In this document: piece by piece, positions 59,072 to 64,000 of the stretch | How positions within the stretch are numbered: the first letter of the stretch is position 1 | How the letters are laid out: each line of letters starts with the position of its first letter | Assembly (NCBI RefSeq): GCF_033153115.1 | Contig: NW_026889767.1 | Location: forward strand, 62,001-126,000 | Direction: 5' to 3' | From: Saccostrea echinata | Lineage: Eukaryota | DNA length: 64,000 bases | Notes under the pieces: generated by a model | The model's database searches: none | Told to the model about the DNA's origin: nothing | What the model saw: only the letters and a program-made list of their open reading frames with translations | Made by a program: the position numbers and the translations under genes

Positions 59072-61887
59072 ATGGAGACCTCGCTTATTTCGACAGAGCT
59101 TTGGAGAAATGGCCCACAACCTGGTTCATACTATAATTTCCCAGGCCATTTAGACACAAAACCAGCCTCACAGGTTGGGGCATCTAAAAGAACTTTGTAA
59201 GTACTCTATCATTTTGTAGATGTATTTTTTAACGTTATAAGACCAATTCTATATTTTGCTGATTCATTTGCGGTTCGCCGATTTTTTAATGGTAAACTGC
59301 AGTTGTATATAAAGCCGTTCAATATGTTTTTATTCTCATATGAGAGACTTAAATGGTGATGTTTTCGTTTAAAATTGTTTTTGAATGTGCAAAATTATGT
59401 TAGGACAAAGCAAGTTAGATAGAGGAATTTCGGAATGTTTATATATCACTGTACACAGTGTAAGTGCTTCTGTGTTATGAGAAGTTCTTGGATTAACACA
59501 TAAACCTCAAAAGACAGTGGAATTAATATAGGCCTAGTAGTCAAACTTCTCCTCAGCAAATACATGTTATATTCTCACCTTGATACTTGAATTTTTGTGT
59601 ACTTTTATTAATTTGTTGTCATTTATAATGGCCTGCCTAATTGAAGACCTACATAATTATACTGTCATTTCAGAAGCATTGTATTTGAAAGTCTGTGGGA
59701 CTGTGATTGAAACCCATATAGTACACTTTATATAGTACTGACATGGGTTTTTGGGACTGGGGCAGGGGCCGTGAAAATTGGGAAAATTAGTAACCTTTTG
59801 AGGAAATTTGGGAAAATCATAACTAGACAATATCCATTAAATTCATTATATATTGAGTTTCTGGTGGTTGTTATCAACTAAATTTCTGTTTTGTAATATA
59901 GAGAAATGTGAATAACAAATTTAGGAACTACATATTTTACTAAATGTTCTTTAATATTTGGGGAAGTGACCAATTGGGAAAATTAAAACATTAAATTGGG
60001 AAAAAAGGTACCTTTTTTGAATTGGGAATGGGGTCTTTAAATGGCCCCAATTATTAAGAATCGAGAGCCCTGACTGATTACCTGTTACTTTAATAAAAAA
60101 AAGTTTTGTTAGAGTACTGTATGTTTTAGTTTATTAATTATCATGTATTATATATCAGCAGTTAATACAAATCTGTGAGGATACCCATTTAAAGATCATG
60201 AAGAATGTGCTTTTTCTTCAAAATTTTGTCAAATGTGTGAAATTTAATTCTCAAAGGAATAGGGTAACTGACAGCATACCATTCCTGCCAGTCCGAGTAC
60301 TCCTTTTGGGGCATAACAATAACCAACAAGATTTCCCCAGCCACCACATATTATAATGATTTTATAAATACATGTATTTGTAATTTCAGAGCACCAACAG
60401 TAACAGGTACATCTGTTCTCGGACTGTGTTTTGATGGCGGTGTTATAATTGCAGCTGATATGCTGGGGTCTTATGGTTCCCTGGCTCGTTATAGGAATCT
60501 CTCTCGTGTAATGAAGGTCAATGATACCACAGCCCTGGGTATAAGCGGGGATTATGCTGATTATCAGTTCATGAAATCCATTATTGAACAAAGAGTGTTA
60601 GTACAAAAGTATCTTAATTGTCTTGTTATGAAGTAAAAAAAAAAAACTGTTTGATTTTTTCAGAGGAGTAATGAGATCTGATTTAAATCATGTAGATAGA
60701 AGTGAGAAGGAAAAGATTAACAATATTGAACAGATTGAAAATGAAATTTACAGATGTACATTCAATGTCTAGATAAATTATTAGTATGATGAATGAATTC
60801 ACATGCATGAATTTATTTCTCTAAAAAAGAAAATGAAAGAGTCAAGTTGAATATGACAAGATTAAATTAATATTCATTGCCAGAATTTCTGTTTTCTCTG
60901 GTCCAAATTTGAATATTTCAGTAAGTGCTTAGAGTTTAAGAGTTTAAACTTTTGGAAATGCTGTTAATTATCTGCATATAAACCTTGTTTGATGTCTTTA
61001 ACAAAGATATTTAGATAGTTAGATTAAAACATGACTTTTTCTGTTTTTAGTATAGACGAGGAGTGCTTAAATGACGGATTCCAATACACACCTAAAAGTC
61101 TGTTTTCTTGGATGACCCGAGTCCTGTACAACAGGAGGTCTAACTTTAACCCACTGTGGAACACATTTGTTGTGGGTGGATTACAAGATGGAGAACCGTA
61201 AGTTTGTGTGGAAAGGAGGAAGAAAGGAGGGGGGGAGTGCAAGATCAAGAACTGTTAATGGGTCTGGACAGGAGGTGACACTGATGGTAGGGGAGGCACT
61301 GAGGGAGTGAGGGGGATATGCTGTGCAAGAAGCTTGCATAGTTTATTTATATTGATGATAACATTCTTGGAGTTTCATTTTAGAGGAAACTCCTTAATAT
61401 TAGATCATAGATTAAAAAAAAAAATATGACTGTAATTCAAAATGATTAATAGGAATATTTTTTTTAAATAAGATAGCATATAGAATTAATTGTTTACCAT
61501 GAATGATTCTCATAACTATTGTTTCAGATAAATGCATGTAGTTTTTCTGTAAATGTGATTGCTAGAATATGCAGCTTTATACTATATGATTTCAGTAACT
61601 TCTTATCAGAGTCACTGTTAGCTCCAATAATGTAGCCCTCTCCAATTTTTTTTAATCTGATATTTTCTCAAAAAAAAAAAAAAAAAAAGAAAATCAGAGA
61701 GGGCTACATTATTGCAGCTAAGTCACTGTATTTCCTAAGGAGTTATGTGCAGCAGGCAGTGTAACTGCAGTAAAATCTTGCATTGTTCTCTCTTTTCACA
61801 TTCAGGTTCCTAGGTTATATAGACAAGATTGGAATAGCCTTCAATGATCCAACAATTGCCTGTGGATTTGGAGCATACCTTGCAGTG
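59072..61887 (+). CDS. PSMB4: Proteasome subunit beta type-4 (beta7), exons 1-4; remainder lies beyond the window
   Basis: Exons 59072-59196, 60390-60596, 61051-61197, 61806-61887; [68 protein letters not shown]. Confidence 0.95.
59742..60072. mobile_element. Degenerate MITE with 5-bp TSD
   Basis: ACTGA flanks on both sides; 3' end GAGAGCCCTG; internal TTGGGAA repeats. Confidence 0.45.
61619..61720. mobile_element. 102-bp MITE with 9-bp TSD
   Basis: TIR TAGCTCCAATAATGTAGCCCTCTC / GAGAGGGCTACATTATTGCAGCTA; TSD AGTCACTGT. Confidence 0.85.
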
Positions 61888-62687
61888 GTAAGAAGTCACT
61901 CATCAATATTAAATAAAATTTTCATCATTCCTGTGATATCACTTCACAGAGATGTAGATGTATCTTTATATTTCCCGCTTTAAAATTCAATAATGGCCAT
62001 TTGCAATTTTTCTTGCAAACAAATCAATCACTTTCAGGTTGTTTGAGGTTGAAAAATTTTTAGCATGTCAGTCTGTTTTCCCTCTTTCCATCGTACTCTT
62101 GGATAAAGATTTCACAAACAATATTCTTGAATTTTGCACACAGCAGTTTTTCTTTTGAAACTTGCCTAGCAAAATATGTATGTAAACATTTGACATAATA
62201 CAAGCTCAGAATGCAGATTTATGAGAGATGGCATGAAATTTTGATCATAACATCACAGTAAATTCATAACAATAACAGCTCATACTTATAAAAGATCATA
62301 ATGATACAGAAGTAAATCTTATTGCTGAAGGGGAATAACTCTTATTTGGACTTGGAAAAATTGTAACAGATATTAAACTGATGTATTATTATATTGTAAT
62401 TTAAGTAAAAAATATCAGCTTTATAGAGAAATTTTATGGGACTGTTTATACAAGAGAAAATAATTCAGACTGTGATCTCCAGAAATTTTTAGATCTAAAA
62501 AACCTAGATTGTCACTATTTTAGATTGATGATTTTCAGTTAAAATACATCAGATCTATGTTGAATACTATGGATTCTGATAATAAATTAAAAGTTTTTAA
62601 TTAAAATTCAGTTATTTGAAAACCTTCAGATATCTTGAATTTGTCTGATGTCAGTCCTGTTGAGTTCAAAATAACAAAATCTTACAT

Positions 62688-63775
62688 CAGGGTTCGAAAT
62701 TAGCTCATGTCTGTAAGTCCGAGACTAGTGAAAATTGTGTTGGACTACTAAAATTCATGTAGCACTAGTCTGTACGGACTAGTGAAAATTCAATCTTAGT
62801 ATTTTTCCACAATGTTTTCTTTCAAATGAACGCCTGTTTATCAGCACAAAAGTCTGCATTTTTATCATTAAACCAATGTGTAAACAATAACTAGAGAACT
62901 TAGTGAGCATAAGCATTTCAAGGATCAATGGGCGATTATGACAAAAAAAAATTAAAACTGCAAGATTTTCACGAAAGGATGGGCATGGTCGGGGAGGGGT
63001 AGTATTGTTTAGTCGCCATTCATTTTTTTTATTTACTTTCACAAAATCGTCTTCATTTATTTGAAAAGTAAATATATTGAAAATTTTCTCTGTTTAAAAG
63101 CTGTTTTTACAGCCTACAACAGTAGACTTTCTCAAAATCATAAGAGAAATCAACATGGGAATATGGGAATATCGTATCTTAATTAAGGCAATGAAAATTT
63201 AGTGTTGCAACACATCTGCATGTAAATGATCACAGATGATTTATAATGGTACAAATACAATAAACATTATTAAAAAAAATATTTACTAACACACTGATCA
63301 CAGTTGTTAATCTGTAATGTTAGGTCAGGGGTGAGACTAATACCAGCAATGCACAAAAATATGTTAATCAACCTTTTTCTCCATTCTTTTTTGTTCTCTC
63401 TCTCAATGATACAGTTATAAAAATATGCGTTCATTATTTTAATTGTTTTTGACACTTTATGTTACTCCATATGTTAACATTTCCAAGGGGGGGGGGGGTT
63501 CTTTTTATGATTTAATAAAAAAAAAATTTTTTTTGATACCTTGCAAATTTATTATTTCTTTAGCTACAGATTAATTATAATTTAATTTCTTATTCCAAAA
63601 GTTTATCTCATAAAAGTAGTTCGGGGTGGGGGAGGGGGGTGTTTTAAAGTTACAAAGTAGGAGTATCGGTATGTTATCATTATCATAAGACAAAAGGTGG
63701 ACCAACGGACTAGTGAAAACTGGAAGTTACTAGTCCATACGGACTAGTGCTTACAAAAGTTTATTTCGAACCCTG
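62688..63775. mobile_element. Non-autonomous TIR element with 5-bp TSD
   Basis: TIR CAGGGTTCGAAAT / ATTTCGAACCCTG; TSD TACAT; subterminal GGACTAGT repeats. Confidence 0.82.
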
Positions 63776-64000
63776 TACATGATTTGTATATTGATCTACT
63801 GTATATCAAACAATAATACATGTCTATGGGATCTATGGTCTTGACAGAATTTGAGTTTCAGCATTCAAATCTCAAACAAATTGGATATCTAATTAAGATA
63901 ATTCATGTTTTAAAAACTATTTCCCATTGTTTTCTCTATACTAAGATTTTTTTTTCTAAGATATATAAAAAGTGTTTTGAGTACTGAATCTTTGTCTGAT

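Overview
AT-rich, intron-containing animal DNA, most likely an oyster (Ostreidae). That call rests on Cg170-like ~166-bp Helitron satellite arrays, MetaSINE-like and Penelope-like repeats, and is an inference. Left to right the window holds: (1) a tandem array of GT31 beta-1,3-galactosyltransferase-like genes (two complete copies, a third implied beyond the left edge), both with the DxD motif replaced by HGD; (2) three tandem minus-strand secreted trypsin-type serine proteases (A, B, C), each with an N-terminal six-Cys clip/beta-defensin-like module on one phase-1/1 exon; (3) a head-to-head pair, BLOC1S6 (pallidin) and the 5' part of PSMB4. Exon models were built by hand with consistent splice phases. 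Main findings: protease C has two intact tandem copies of the Asp189-encoding exon that must be spliced mutually exclusively, while paralog B has lost one of them. A near-intact RTEX-like LINE has an AUG-less ORF2 in frame with ORF1 behind a single UAG and a hairpin (candidate stop-codon readthrough). A 363-bp miniature LTR element carries a full tRNA-like cloverleaf with an 8-nt anticodon loop in each LTR. Introns contain many nested non-autonomous transposons, and there are two assembly gaps.
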